This document shows, piece after piece, positions 28,188 to 37,387 of a stretch of DNA of 49,788 nt. Position numbers and translations under genes: made by a program. Numbering within the stretch: position 1 is the stretch's first letter; every line of letters begins with the position of its first letter. The stretch is from a virus (lineage: Duplodnaviria; Heunggongvirae; Uroviricota; Caudoviricetes), in IMG/VR virus record IMGVR_UViG_2718217868_000004, positions 1-49,788 of that record; one strand, 5' to 3'. The notes under the pieces were generated by a model. It was not told the origin of the DNA, made no database searches, and worked only from the letters and a program-made list of their open reading frames with translations.

Positions 28188-28574
28188 TTAATCCTGTTTT
28201 ATATACGGCAAAAATGCCGAAAACATTCTGTCGAGCAGATAGCAGTAGGTTTCGTTTGCGTCTTCCGGCTTGGTCGTTACGCCCACATCAGAGCAGACGT
28301 AAAAACATACGTGAGCGCATTCGTGAACGAGAGTTGATATCTGCTGATCGAATACTCCAATCAGGTAAACTCGCTCTCCCGTATCGGTGTTTTCATAGTT
28401 GTTTGCCAGTCCACAGTTGAATGGCCTTTCCTCTCCGCTACCACCAAGGAATTTATCAGCGTGCTGAAACTGTTCTCTGGTTGTTGCGAGGTAGACATGC
28501 GCACTTTGAAACAGCGGAATGGTGAATGCCGGAAGTCTGTGCCATTTGGCTTTTGCCATCTGTTGCTCCGTCAT
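28188..28574 (-). CDS. Zincin-like protein with HExxH motif (putative metallopeptidase)
   Basis: TLVHECAHV motif in the same hydrophobic-LV-HExxH context as the neighbour. Confidence 0.5.
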   Translation of the reverse strand: MTEQQMAKAKWHRLPAFTIPLFQSAHVYLATTREQFQHADKFLGGSGEERPFNCGLANNYENTDTGERVYLIGVFDQQISTLVHECAHVCFYVCSDVGVTTKPEDANETYCYLLDRMFSAFLPYIKQD

Positions 28575-28658
28575 TATCCGTTGCAGGGGTTATTTTTGAT
28601 TTATCCGCTCAGGGGGATATCCATTATCAAGCCCACCAGCAGGTGAGCTTTGGAATGG

Positions 28659-28859
28659 CTACTGGCGGTCATTATGCTCGTAACGAGATACCGTCTTCCC
28701 GTTCTGGTTCATCACGTAGGCGACCTCGCCAGGTTTCAGGAATACATTTTTGTCCATTCCCGATACCGCGATGCTCTGCTGCCCCGGATTGAACCCTACA
28801 CTCAACCCGCAATGAATCTCTTCGCCGCCACCAGGCGACATTACTTTTACTGTTAACAT
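28659..28859 (-). CDS. Hypothetical small protein
   Basis: 66-aa ORF with AGGAGAAG RBS, just downstream of a terminator. Confidence 0.45.
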   Translation of the reverse strand: MLTVKVMSPGGGEEIHCGLSVGFNPGQQSIAVSGMDKNVFLKPGEVAYVMNQNGKTVSRYEHNDRQ

Positions 28860-28886
28860 ACTTCTTCTCCTGCTTCTTCTGGTCGT

Positions 28887-28910
28887 AAAAAAGCCCCGCT
28901 AATGCGAGGC
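28887..28910 (-). terminator. Intrinsic terminator, GCCCCGC-N4-GCGAGGC family
   Basis: Same stem sequence as the copies near 11457 and 30758, with a U-run on the minus strand. Confidence 0.5.
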
Positions 28911-28938
28911 TAGCTTTCTTTCTGCTTCGGTAACGCCA

Positions 28939-29103
28939 TCAGGCATCGCTTGCAAGCTCAACCAAATCTTTGAAGTCCTGGCACATATCCAGTCGATGAC
29001 CATGATCATCGACAAAGTTATAACTTTTGAATAGCTCTACGATTTCCTCGGGACTCTTCCCATTCAAACGAGGAAACTGCTTTGATTCGTCAACCTGTTT
29101 CAT
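28939..29103 (-). CDS. Hypothetical small protein (track ORF extends to 29199)
   Basis: Internal ATG with GGAGA RBS; overlaps the start of the plus-strand KTSC gene only slightly. Confidence 0.35.
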   Translation of the reverse strand: MKQVDESKQFPRLNGKSPEEIVELFKSYNFVDDHGHRLDMCQDFKDLVELASDA

Positions 29104-29297
29104 CTTCAAATCTCCAATCAGTAGGTTATGACCAGGCCACTTCGACGCTGGAAATTGCATTCCATAGCAGTGGCATTTATCAATACTCTCGGGTTCCATC
29201 TACCGTGTACACGGCACTAATGAATGCGTCGTCAAAAGGCCAGTATTTTGATGCCCACATCAAAAAAGCTGGCTACCCTTATCGCAAAGTTGGCTAA
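29082..29297 (+). CDS. KTSC domain-containing protein
   Basis: 71 aa; VSSSNLQSVGYD...LEIAFHSSGIYQYSRVP matches the remembered KTSC domain pattern; opposite strand to the late operon. Confidence 0.55.
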   Translation: MIRQPVSSSNLQSVGYDQATSTLEIAFHSSGIYQYSRVPSTVYTALMNASSKGQYFDAHIKKAGYPYRKVG

Positions 29298-29300
29298 CAG

Positions 29301-29867
29301 CTAGCGGGGATTCGTCCCCGCTTTTTGCCAGATCCCGTTATTTGACTCTCTCACCGAGTCGTAAACGCGCTCACACGTCATTCCTGCCCGGTAGCGTTCG
29401 TCAGCGATTCCAGCATATCGTTTAGCTTCTGCTGCAATATCTCCGAGCATGTCGGCAAGCAATCCTGCGTTGGTGTCGGTTGTTTTGCTTCGGACGGTAG
29501 CGGCAAGATCTGCGGTGTGCTTTGCGGCATCCAGGTGGATGGCAAGTTTTGTTGCTTCGGTGCGCAGCTGGCTAACAGTGGCAGACAGACCAGCAGCATT
29601 CGCAGCTGCTTTTGCAGCCTGTTCTTGTGCATTTTTAACAGCCTCATCGCGAGCAATTACACGCCCTTGTTCAATCATACGGGCAACCGTTTGAGCGTTC
29701 TCTGCCTGAGAGGACTCCTCACTATTACGATCTGCCCATTTCTTTTCCCATGCTCGTTCCGTCCACACACTACCTGCGGCGAATGAGGCAATGAGAAGCG
29801 CTGAAACCGTGGCGGCTTTCCACCAGGTCTTAACAGACTCGCTGATCATTGGTCTAACCCCCAGCAC
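29301..29867 (-). CDS. Rz-like i-spanin
   Basis: 188 aa with N-terminal TM and Ala/Gln-rich coiled-coil; overlaps the endolysin stop; contains an embedded lipoprotein ORF. Confidence 0.75.
   Translation of the reverse strand: MLGVRPMISESVKTWWKAATVSALLIASFAAGSVWTERAWEKKWADRNSEESSQAENAQTVARMIEQGRVIARDEAVKNAQEQAAKAAANAAGLSATVSQLRTEATKLAIHLDAAKHTADLAATVRSKTTDTNAGLLADMLGDIAAEAKRYAGIADERYRAGMTCERVYDSVRESNNGIWQKAGTNPR
29378..29632 (-). CDS. Rz1-like o-spanin embedded in Rz in another frame
   Basis: Embedded ORF with signal peptide, lipobox LLASC and Pro-rich mature region. Confidence 0.6.
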   Translation of the reverse strand: MHKNRLQKQLRMLLVCLPLLASCAPKQQNLPSTWMPQSTPQILPLPSEAKQPTPTQDCLPTCSEILQQKLNDMLESLTNATGQE

Positions 29868-30394
29868 GCCAGCGCGCTTTCCTGGTCCCGTCGCTCAACC
29901 TGACCATAGCAGCCATTCTTCTGGCCTTTGGTTAGACGGCAATCACGGCCACCGTCTTTAATCCACCAGCGGATTGCCTCGCATGCACCGATGCGGTCAC
30001 CTGCGTTGATGCGCTTATAGAAGGTCGATGGGAAGCATTTACCGGGGCCGATGTTATACGGGCAGAAGGATGCAATACCCACCTTCTGTGGTTCGGTCAG
30101 TGGTACTTTGATATTTCGGTCAACCCACGCCAGCGCCTTGTCGCGTTCAATGGCGTTTACCTGGGCGCATTTCTCAGCTGACAGCTTCATGCCCTGTACT
30201 ACTGGCTTGCCATCAACCATTGTTGCACCACGGCAAATGGTCCAGAGTCCGCCGCCGTCGCGATATGCTGTCAAGCTGTTACCCTCTTTCTCATCCAGAA
30301 ACTGATCGAGAATCACGGGTGCGGAAGCCCCGGCAAGAATCAAACCAACGACCGCTGCGCTCAATTTATTCTTCAGCTTTAGAGACATAGCCAT
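29846..30394 (-). CDS. SAR endolysin (T4 lysozyme-like, GH24)
   Basis: N-terminal signal-anchor-release helix followed by E-8aa-D-5aa-T catalytic motif ([16 protein letters not shown]). Confidence 0.85.
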   Translation of the reverse strand: MAMSLKLKNKLSAAVVGLILAGASAPVILDQFLDEKEGNSLTAYRDGGGLWTICRGATMVDGKPVVQGMKLSAEKCAQVNAIERDKALAWVDRNIKVPLTEPQKVGIASFCPYNIGPGKCFPSTFYKRINAGDRIGACEAIRWWIKDGGRDCRLTKGQKNGCYGQVERRDQESALACWGLDQ

Positions 30395-30644
30395 TGCGCC
30401 GATCCTCCCGTTCTTTCCAGCGGAAATACCAGTTCACTGCACAGGTGATTACCGTGCATGCGATACCGACAATAATTGCCCAGTCGCTCAGGCTTAACCC
30501 TGCAATTCTGTCGGCCAACATCCAGGACACCTCTTTTGCTGTTTTTGCTGTTTCGGCATATGCCTTCGCTGATACACCGCAGCCGGTCAGCGTGGTGCCT
30601 GTTCCATATGAAAGTCTGCTGTAAATGGTGCTCATTCTGGTCAT
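30366..30644 (-). CDS. Holin (likely pinholin partner of the SAR endolysin)
   Basis: Small membrane protein with TM segments immediately upstream of and overlapping the endolysin. Confidence 0.65.
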   Translation of the reverse strand: MTRMSTIYSRLSYGTGTTLTGCGVSAKAYAETAKTAKEVSWMLADRIAGLSLSDWAIIVGIACTVITCAVNWYFRWKEREDRRNGYVSKAEE

Positions 30645-30757
30645 AGCCTCACCTCCGATTCTTCGGATGGCGCTGTGTGTGTATGAAAAGGGTCAGGCTT
30701 CACGGGCTGGATTTATCAACAAAGCACGTAGCGGATGATTCCCGTGAGGCCTGAAAT

Positions 30758-30781
30758 AGAAAAGCCCCGCATAAGCGAGGC
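30758..30781 (-). terminator. tR'-like terminator between Q and the lysis genes
   Basis: GCCCCGC-ataa-GCGAGGC hairpin plus U-run on the minus strand, roughly 370 nt downstream of the Q stop. Confidence 0.55.
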
Positions 30782-31148
30782 TATAAATTCTTTGCCACTT
30801 CCCGGAGTGGCCACGCTCATGCCCTTGAGGTGCTGTCGCGTCATCGCCGCTGATAACCGGTGCGTATCTGGCATTCACGCTGCTTTACCGGAGCTTATTT
30901 TGATCTATGAACCCTTACCCATCACTACACAGGCTCGCCATTACGCGACTCGGGGCAGCATCATGACTGCTGCAGTGCCTTTCGACTGCGGTCTGTCCGT
31001 TCTACCCGTGCATTTTCTTACCCTCCAGAAACGCAAAAGCCCCACGGTGTTATCCGCGGGGCTTGAAACGAAGGCATTAACCCATCGTTGGGATAAAATT
31101 AACACAGATTCGGGAAAAGTAAATAGCTGGAATTAACTTCCATAGCCG

Positions 31149-31964
31149 TTATCGTGTTATTTGTTTCAGTTGGTTTTCTGCCCATGCCTCTTCAATATCG
31201 AATTTCGTAATCAGCTGATCATAGAACGGTTTAACGGACTTCTTCCACGTATCCAGGCTGATTACATCCGTAATCTGGCAAACAGCTGCGTGGGCCTCAG
31301 TTGAAGGAATGCGTTCATATCCACGCCCGCCGCAGCGCTTGCAGTCAGTCATAACCGGCACACCCTGTTTCTTCGTTTCCTTCTGGTCTACGGCTTTCCC
31401 ACGTCCCCGGCAATCATTGCAGGCACAACTGACAACCTTCTTCCCCTTGCAGTTCGAGCACAGCACTCGAACCACCTCTCGAACCTGTCGTTTAACCTCG
31501 AAATCACTCGGTGACTGACCAAGCTCTTTCGCCCATTGAGGAATCCTCATTGAATAATGAGATTTCATTGTGAACACGTCGGCCTCAATAAATCCCTGCC
31601 CGCTGCAACAATCACACTGCTTAACGCTCGCAGCGCTGCGGGAGTAATCTTCAAAAGCGAAGGTGGCCAACTGGTGCATCACCTTAGGCTTAACCCCGGA
31701 ATCCAACTTACGCAGTGCGGCAACCTTGTCACATTTGGTCATCGCATACTCAGCCAGCAGTCCGATCGCCCGCTCCCGGTCGTTATTACTTATACCCATC
31801 TTGCCGAGGAAAGCACTGTACCCCATGGCAGCGCGTTCCTGAGTCATGCCCATTGCCGCCATGATGTCGGTGCAAGTCAGTGAATCAGAGGCGGTAGCAC
31901 GCGGAGAATCGCTAATCAGAGTGGATTTTGCAAAGTGGTATTTCACTGTGTTTTCGAGGTTCAT
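31149..31964 (-). CDS. Late-gene antiterminator Q
   Basis: 271 aa with C-terminal Cys-rich zinc-binding motifs (CxxC repeats); positioned upstream of the lysis cassette. Confidence 0.8.
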   Translation of the reverse strand: MNLENTVKYHFAKSTLISDSPRATASDSLTCTDIMAAMGMTQERAAMGYSAFLGKMGISNNDRERAIGLLAEYAMTKCDKVAALRKLDSGVKPKVMHQLATFAFEDYSRSAASVKQCDCCSGQGFIEADVFTMKSHYSMRIPQWAKELGQSPSDFEVKRQVREVVRVLCSNCKGKKVVSCACNDCRGRGKAVDQKETKKQGVPVMTDCKRCGGRGYERIPSTEAHAAVCQITDVISLDTWKKSVKPFYDQLITKFDIEEAWAENQLKQITR

Positions 31965-32097
31965 AGCGCTTCTCCAGCATAAGTTTTCACGTAATTCTTC
32001 AGTATTCGGTAGTCCGTCAGCACAGAGCCGGGAAAGTGGTATAAGCGAAGCCGCTGCCAGCGAACGCGGAGGTGATCGGAAAAACAGGATTCAAATG

Positions 32098-32523
32098 TCA
32101 TACGGCCTCCAGCCCGGTGATTGTCAGTTCCAGCTTTCCACCTTTGGTAACGGGCATCTTCACAACGCGATAATCAACGACCTGAGCATCGTCCAGCCAG
32201 AAACCTGCTTTGGTGAGTGCGTCAAAAGCGGCCTTTTGCAGATTATCCAGGTCACGGCGACGGCGATCCGGCATGTGGCACTCAATGCGGATTTTCACAG
32301 GCATAGCCAGACCGATATCCAGCATTGCGTTTTTAATGATTCGGGCGACGTTATCGCGGTATGCCTGCCCTTCTGCGCTGATGTGCGTGCGCCCGCGATT
32401 ATGGCGGTAGTAGCGGTTATTGCTCGGCGGCCAGGGCAATGTGATGTTGTAAGTATTCACGCCTTGATTACCCCCTCTTTCAGCCAGATAACCTGCGTTC
32501 TCGCCATACCTTCCAGCGCGCAT
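32098..32523 (-). CDS. rusA: Holliday junction resolvase RusA
   Basis: 141 aa, strong resemblance to RusA as remembered; nin-region position upstream of Q. Confidence 0.85.
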   Translation of the reverse strand: MRAGRYGENAGYLAERGGNQGVNTYNITLPWPPSNNRYYRHNRGRTHISAEGQAYRDNVARIIKNAMLDIGLAMPVKIRIECHMPDRRRRDLDNLQKAAFDALTKAGFWLDDAQVVDYRVVKMPVTKGGKLELTITGLEAV

Positions 32524-32774
32524 TCTTTAGCATACTCAGCATCGACAAAATGTGTACGGCGGTCGATCTCGTCGTGACAGGCAGAGCATGCAATGGTGGC
32601 AATCAGATCAGGCGGTTTGATTCCGGTGCCACATAACCCGGCCAGGCGAATGTGCGCCAGTACAGACGTTTCCGGGTTACCGTTGCAGACGCCGGGAATT
32701 CGAACCTGACAATCACGACCACGAGCCTCTTTGCGTAAATTTGCCATGCTCACCCCCACGCCTTGCTTTGCCAT
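32457..32774 (-). CDS. DUF1364-like phage protein with Cys cluster
   Basis: [20 protein letters not shown]...CSACHDEID pattern typical of small nin-region proteins next to rusA. Confidence 0.45.
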   Translation of the reverse strand: MAKQGVGVSMANLRKEARGRDCQVRIPGVCNGNPETSVLAHIRLAGLCGTGIKPPDLIATIACSACHDEIDRRTHFVDAEYAKECALEGMARTQVIWLKEGVIKA

Positions 32775-32959
32775 ACCCGGCTCGGGCGAGGCGCGTTATC
32801 GCCTTCCGGCAATTGCGCGCTGACGGTCCAGGTGATGTTGTCGCGATTCAGGCTGCGCTCTGTCTTTACACCGCGCGCCCGGTATTTCTCCACCAGCTCG
32901 TCGGCCTGATCGGTTGTGCATTCGTGATGGTGGAACCAGGAATATTTCATCGCCATCAC
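32750..32959 (-). CDS. Hypothetical small protein
   Basis: 69-aa ORF overlapping its neighbours in an operon-like arrangement. Confidence 0.35.
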   Translation of the reverse strand: MMAMKYSWFHHHECTTDQADELVEKYRARGVKTERSLNRDNITWTVSAQLPEGDNAPRPSRVWQSKAWG

Positions 32960-33555
32960 CCCGCAAAGCTCATGAGCTGCGATGCGGCGTTTTCCGCTTC
33001 ACGCTGGTCTTTGAATGCCCGGGACAATACCCAGCGCCACAGAACATCGAGCGCGGCTTTGTACAGCTGCTGGAACTCGGTTTCGTCCATGTTGGCGAAG
33101 GCAATGCTGCGGGGGTGTTTGCGAAGGGTGCCGTCGGGAAGCTGAATGGCGTCGTAGTGACCAGACTCGATGATCACCCATGCACGATAAGCATCATAGG
33201 ATTTGCAGATGCTAATGCTACCGGCTCGCTTATCAGCGATACGCTCCAGATATTGCTCAGCTGCATCCAGGAGTGCAGCTTCACTTCCCGCGAATGAGGC
33301 AAGGAATTTGGCGTAGCCGGTTACCAGTTTGCGCTCGTTGGAGGAGATCGCCCCTCCAGTAGGTTCCCAGTATTCAAACCCGAGATTCAGGAGCGCAAAA
33401 AAACGGCGATGGAATGCGGGATTCCTCACCTGACGAAATTCGGCTACCAGCACGGCGCCGAGTTTGATTTTTGATTGCAGAATATCGCTGGTCTCCGGCG
33501 TAGCGGGGATCAGGATTCCTGATGATTGCTTAATGAGTTGTAGTTCGTGCGCCAT
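32956..33555 (-). CDS. Nin-region protein (DUF1367-like)
   Basis: 199-aa ORF in the lambdoid nin-like block; family call is from memory. Confidence 0.4.
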   Translation of the reverse strand: MAHELQLIKQSSGILIPATPETSDILQSKIKLGAVLVAEFRQVRNPAFHRRFFALLNLGFEYWEPTGGAISSNERKLVTGYAKFLASFAGSEAALLDAAEQYLERIADKRAGSISICKSYDAYRAWVIIESGHYDAIQLPDGTLRKHPRSIAFANMDETEFQQLYKAALDVLWRWVLSRAFKDQREAENAASQLMSFAG

Positions 33556-33656
33556 GGTACTCTCCGTGGCGCATCAAGTTGTCAGTTGTTCAGGCTGACA
33601 CTGACATTATGTACAGCTGATAATGGAAAATCAAATGTTGCTTTTAGCTGAACTGA

Positions 33657-33911
33657 TTAATATTTGTAGCGGTTTTCCGGGAGAAACGCGTATTCGTATG
33701 TGAAGTTGAATGCCTCGTTTTCAGTGTTAAATCGGCGTTCGGTGATATCACTCCAGCGTCCTCCCCTGAAATACTTCTGAGCAACCCACTTTCCCTCAAA
33801 CGGGAATACGGCATATGCACCGACATACCGATTATCATTATGCGGATCGGGATATGAGTCACCTTCTGCCAGAACGTAAAACTTGATTCCGCTTACAATG
33901 AGGCAGCCCAT
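33657..33911 (-). CDS. Hypothetical protein in low-GC island
   Basis: 84-aa ORF; start/stop abuts the next gene; AT-rich surrounding DNA. Confidence 0.45.
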   Translation of the reverse strand: MGCLIVSGIKFYVLAEGDSYPDPHNDNRYVGAYAVFPFEGKWVAQKYFRGGRWSDITERRFNTENEAFNFTYEYAFLPENRYKY

Positions 33912-34168
33912 TACTTCTTCTCATTCTGCGCAGCCATATCCAGATAACGCGAATCGGATGCTTTCGGCAGCGTCAGGCTCTGCTCGCGGTAGTAACGAAC
34001 GCGCTCCATGAAGTATTCGCGAAGATTCTCTGGCTGCTCGCGGGCCACCTGCTCAGCGATAACTGGCATGTTTAGGCGTTCTTTGTACGCCACACCAGAA
34101 GCAGCAAGGTCAACGTTCACCTTGTCCTGTTCTTCTTTTGATTTTGCTGCGATGTTATGGCTAGACAT
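33911..34168 (-). CDS. Hypothetical protein in low-GC island
   Basis: 85-aa ORF co-oriented and contiguous with its neighbour. Confidence 0.45.
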   Translation of the reverse strand: MSSHNIAAKSKEEQDKVNVDLAASGVAYKERLNMPVIAEQVAREQPENLREYFMERVRYYREQSLTLPKASDSRYLDMAAQNEKK

Positions 34169-34260
34169 GATGAATCCCCCTCAATGCTTTGAGAAGGATT
34201 ATACAAAGAAAAACCGCCGAAGCGGTTTTGTAGTTTTCAAATATTCATCTCAATATCTGG

Positions 34261-34527
34261 CTAGTTGATATCAAATGCCAGTGGATTTGGGCGAACAGCG
34301 TTTATTTGTCCAATGACCCATTGATGATTGTAGGCGGTTCCTACAGGTAGAAGATACCCGTAAGTACCATCTTTAAGCGTCACATGCATACACAAATGGT
34401 CTCCACCATCTATATCGTAAATTGAGCCTTGAGGAATAAATTCCTCAGTTTTAATCAGTGTTATGCCGTTATTGCGTGGAAATATATAGTGATGCATTTT
34501 ATAGCTCCTTTGTCGATTGGAGCCCAA
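34261..34527 (-). CDS. Hypothetical protein in low-GC island
   Basis: 88-aa ORF directly downstream of the methyltransferase. Confidence 0.45.
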   Translation of the reverse strand: MGSNRQRSYKMHHYIFPRNNGITLIKTEEFIPQGSIYDIDGGDHLCMHVTLKDGTYGYLLPVGTAYNHQWVIGQINAVRPNPLAFDIN

Positions 34528-34596
34528 TTATATCAAGTTTAAATCTACGTCATTGAAGTAGCAGGATTTGTTACGTCCTGCCCTGAAACTCAGACT

Positions 34597-36585
34597 CTAA
34601 GCCGCTATTTGTTTCGATTGGCATAGTTCCGGCAAATTAGCACGCACCAGCGCTTCAGCGAACGGCGGTGGCACCGCGTTACCGCAGCGGGCAACCTGTT
34701 TATCCTTCGCGTACTTCTTGCCCCGGTAGTCCTGGTCGATGATGTACCAGTCCGGGAAGCCCTGCGCCCGGTACAGTTCGCGCGGCTGTAACATGCGCAT
34801 ACCAATATCAACAATGCGATACGTCACGCCATCGATCACCACCAACCCGGTACAATCCTCACCACAGTATTTGCGCAGGAACGCCAGCGTTTGTTGCGCG
34901 CGTTCTTCGTCGTACTCATCTACGGCAAGATGAGTTTCAACGTTCCCTACATGCAGGCCACCAGCCGTGACAGTCGGCATTGGCGCGTCGGTGCGTTGTC
35001 CATCCCGGCAGGTTCCGCGCAATTTAACCAGGTGAGAAGCAACCACAGCATGGTGATCGACGGTGGTCACAGAATGCATCGGCTCATCCATCCCCACTCC
35101 GGCGCCCTGGTAATTCCCGCCGTAATGTTTAATGAGATGTGCAGCGGCAACCGCAAATTTATTACCGCCAGCGGTGACCGTGCCAAGCGGGCTATCAAGT
35201 TTCAGCACACGCGGCTCTTGCCCTGGACGTTCGCCATAACCCATCTGAATCAGCGTTGGCGTCACCAGCTGTGATTTACCGCCACCGCCCGCGGTGATAG
35301 TTGCGCTCGGTTCGTCTGCCCGGTGGCCGATACTGGCACCAAACTGCCGGGCAATAACCGGAGCCACCAGGCAACTGCGCGATTGCTTCAGAATAGTGTG
35401 AGCGGGTTTATTTAGTGGGCGCGGCTTCGCCTGATATTCACTGCCCCCATTGCCAGCCAGGAACGGAGTGATCGCCGCCTCAACCAACCCAAGAGCATGA
35501 CCATTGCCGCCCGGGCGCACCGACGTCCCAGCTGTGACAGTGGGCACAGGTTCGGTAACGGGCTGCCCGGTTGCGCCAGTACGGAACTTTGTCAGGTGTG
35601 GAACGGCTAACGCGTAGCCGTGGGTTTTCGTAATGGTCTGCAGAGGCTCTCTCAGCGCCTGCCCACGGAAACAGTCGTATTTCCCTTTGGTCGTCGTGTG
35701 GTTGCACTTGACGATGAACGGCGACGCGCTCTCGATCACAAACCGCTGGATGCCACGAGCGATGCGTTTGAGCGTATTTTCAGCCAGTGGCTTTTTGCGG
35801 TCGAATATCGACGGTGCCGGAATGGTCCAGTCGATACACTCCGCAGCTGTACGCCATGGCGCCAACTTTCCACTCTGCACAGCTGGAGATTTCGGGTCGC
35901 CGTGGGTCGGGTCCGGCCAGGTCACCGGCATACCATCGCAACGCATTACCATGAAGAAACGCTTCCTGATGGTCGGTGCGCCAAAGTCGCAGGCGCGCAG
36001 CTCACGATGATCAACAGCGTAACCCAGCCCGGCCACCAGTTGCTGCGCCAGTTCGCCGTCGGCAGTAATACCCAGGAACTCGCAGCACTCCGCCAGCGCC
36101 GGATGACCGGCAGGAATACCACCGGATAGCATGCCGCAGAAAGCCTCGAAGGTCTCACCAGTACGCAGGGGATTTGGACGTAACCCACCATCAGCAGATT
36201 CGATAAGCGGCCCCCAGGTGCGGAACTCTTCAACGTTCTCCAGCATCATCACACGGGGACGTACCGCCAGCGCCCAGCGAATGACAATCCACGCCAAACC
36301 ACGAATCTCTTTCTCTACCGGCTTTGAACCTTTAGCCTTTGAGAAGTGACGGCAATCAGGGGAAAACCATGCCAGCCCCACCGGGCGGCCAGCGGTCGCT
36401 ACGATGGGATCGACATCAAACACCGATTCGCAGTAGTGCAGTGTATCCGGGTGGTTCGTAGTGTGCATCGCAACAGCGTTCGGGTCGTGGTTAATCGCAA
36501 TATCCACACTACGACCGATCGCCAGCTCAATGCCCGTGCTCGCCCCGCCGCCGCCGGCAAAGTTATCAACGATGATTTCTCTCAC
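34597..36585 (-). CDS. Orphan DNA cytosine-5 methyltransferase; start at GTG overlapping the upstream stop
   Basis: Motif I FAGGGG, PC-type catalytic motif (SPDC) and ENV motif (LENV); GGAGAAA RBS before a GTG that overlaps the upstream TGA; no restriction endonuclease gene nearby. Confidence 0.8.
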   Translation of the reverse strand: MREIIVDNFAGGGGASTGIELAIGRSVDIAINHDPNAVAMHTTNHPDTLHYCESVFDVDPIVATAGRPVGLAWFSPDCRHFSKAKGSKPVEKEIRGLAWIVIRWALAVRPRVMMLENVEEFRTWGPLIESADGGLRPNPLRTGETFEAFCGMLSGGIPAGHPALAECCEFLGITADGELAQQLVAGLGYAVDHRELRACDFGAPTIRKRFFMVMRCDGMPVTWPDPTHGDPKSPAVQSGKLAPWRTAAECIDWTIPAPSIFDRKKPLAENTLKRIARGIQRFVIESASPFIVKCNHTTTKGKYDCFRGQALREPLQTITKTHGYALAVPHLTKFRTGATGQPVTEPVPTVTAGTSVRPGGNGHALGLVEAAITPFLAGNGGSEYQAKPRPLNKPAHTILKQSRSCLVAPVIARQFGASIGHRADEPSATITAGGGGKSQLVTPTLIQMGYGERPGQEPRVLKLDSPLGTVTAGGNKFAVAAAHLIKHYGGNYQGAGVGMDEPMHSVTTVDHHAVVASHLVKLRGTCRDGQRTDAPMPTVTAGGLHVGNVETHLAVDEYDEERAQQTLAFLRKYCGEDCTGLVVIDGVTYRIVDIGMRMLQPRELYRAQGFPDWYIIDQDYRGKKYAKDKQVARCGNAVPPPFAEALVRANLPELCQSKQIAA

Positions 36586-36839
36586 GCGTATTTCTCCATA
36601 GCGGTGGCCAGTGACTGGGCGGCGTTTACGATGGCTGGTACCGGCATTTTCTCCAGCCACATACGGTTGATGTGATGCTTCAGGCGGCGCTGGTGATGCG
36701 CCGGGAGATCCCCGGCACTTTCAATCTGGCTATATACCATTCCCACCTCAGCAGGCCAGACGGTTTCGGTCACATCCACCAGCAGCAGGTTTTCCAGTTC
36801 GACGATGCGTTTCGTGGCGTATTCCAGTTGAGGTTCCAT
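36582..36839 (-). CDS. Hypothetical protein translationally coupled to the methyltransferase
   Basis: 85-aa ORF whose stop TGA overlaps the methyltransferase GTG start. Confidence 0.45.
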   Translation of the reverse strand: MEPQLEYATKRIVELENLLLVDVTETVWPAEVGMVYSQIESAGDLPAHHQRRLKHHINRMWLEKMPVPAIVNAAQSLATAMEKYA

Positions 36840-37165
36840 CAGTCCTCCTTAAATCTGACGCCCGCCACTCGCAGGGCATGCTCAACGTCGAAACGCGAAA
36901 GCCATTGGCCGTTATCTTTGGGGATCATTACGCCGCGCTCTGATTCGTTAATTGGATGCCCAGGTCGGACGTTGTACCCTGCCGGCAGCTTCACGGTTTC
37001 AGCGCGCGCCGCCAGCACTTCATCAATCACCTTCACAGCATCAGCCATTGCGTAGCCGAGATTACCGCCGTCGCTTTGTGCTGCTGCGTTGCTGAGTATT
37101 TCGCTTATCTGGTGCAGGCGATCGAGTGATACAGGACCGTGCGCCGGGTGGTTGTTAGTTGTCAT
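36839..37165 (-). CDS. Hypothetical protein
   Basis: 108-aa ORF in operon-like tight spacing. Confidence 0.45.
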   Translation of the reverse strand: MTTNNHPAHGPVSLDRLHQISEILSNAAAQSDGGNLGYAMADAVKVIDEVLAARAETVKLPAGYNVRPGHPINESERGVMIPKDNGQWLSRFDVEHALRVAGVRFKED

Positions 37166-37168
37166 GGG

Positions 37169-37387
37169 TTAGTCCTCCCTGTACGGATTTAATTTGTTGT
37201 GCAGTTTGTTAAATGGCCCCCATACGATGGAGCTATACCACTCAGCTATCTTTTCTGCCTGTTCTCCTGCTAACCAGATGAGGACTATCGGTGATATTGG
37301 AATCATTAAAATAAGAAAGAGAAGGAAAAATAGAGCCTCTTTAACACGGCTTTGGCGCGGATAATTCTTCAGGAATATTTTGGTCAC
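37169..37387 (-). CDS. Small membrane protein
   Basis: 72 aa with a central hydrophobic helix (FFLLFLILMIPISPIVLIWLA). Confidence 0.4.
   Translation of the reverse strand: MTKIFLKNYPRQSRVKEALFFLLFLILMIPISPIVLIWLAGEQAEKIAEWYSSIVWGPFNKLHNKLNPYRED

Noticed and set aside
31846-32577. 243-aa plus-strand ORF overlapping Q and RusA
   Set aside because: Antisense to two recognisable genes and compositionally odd; treated as spurious.
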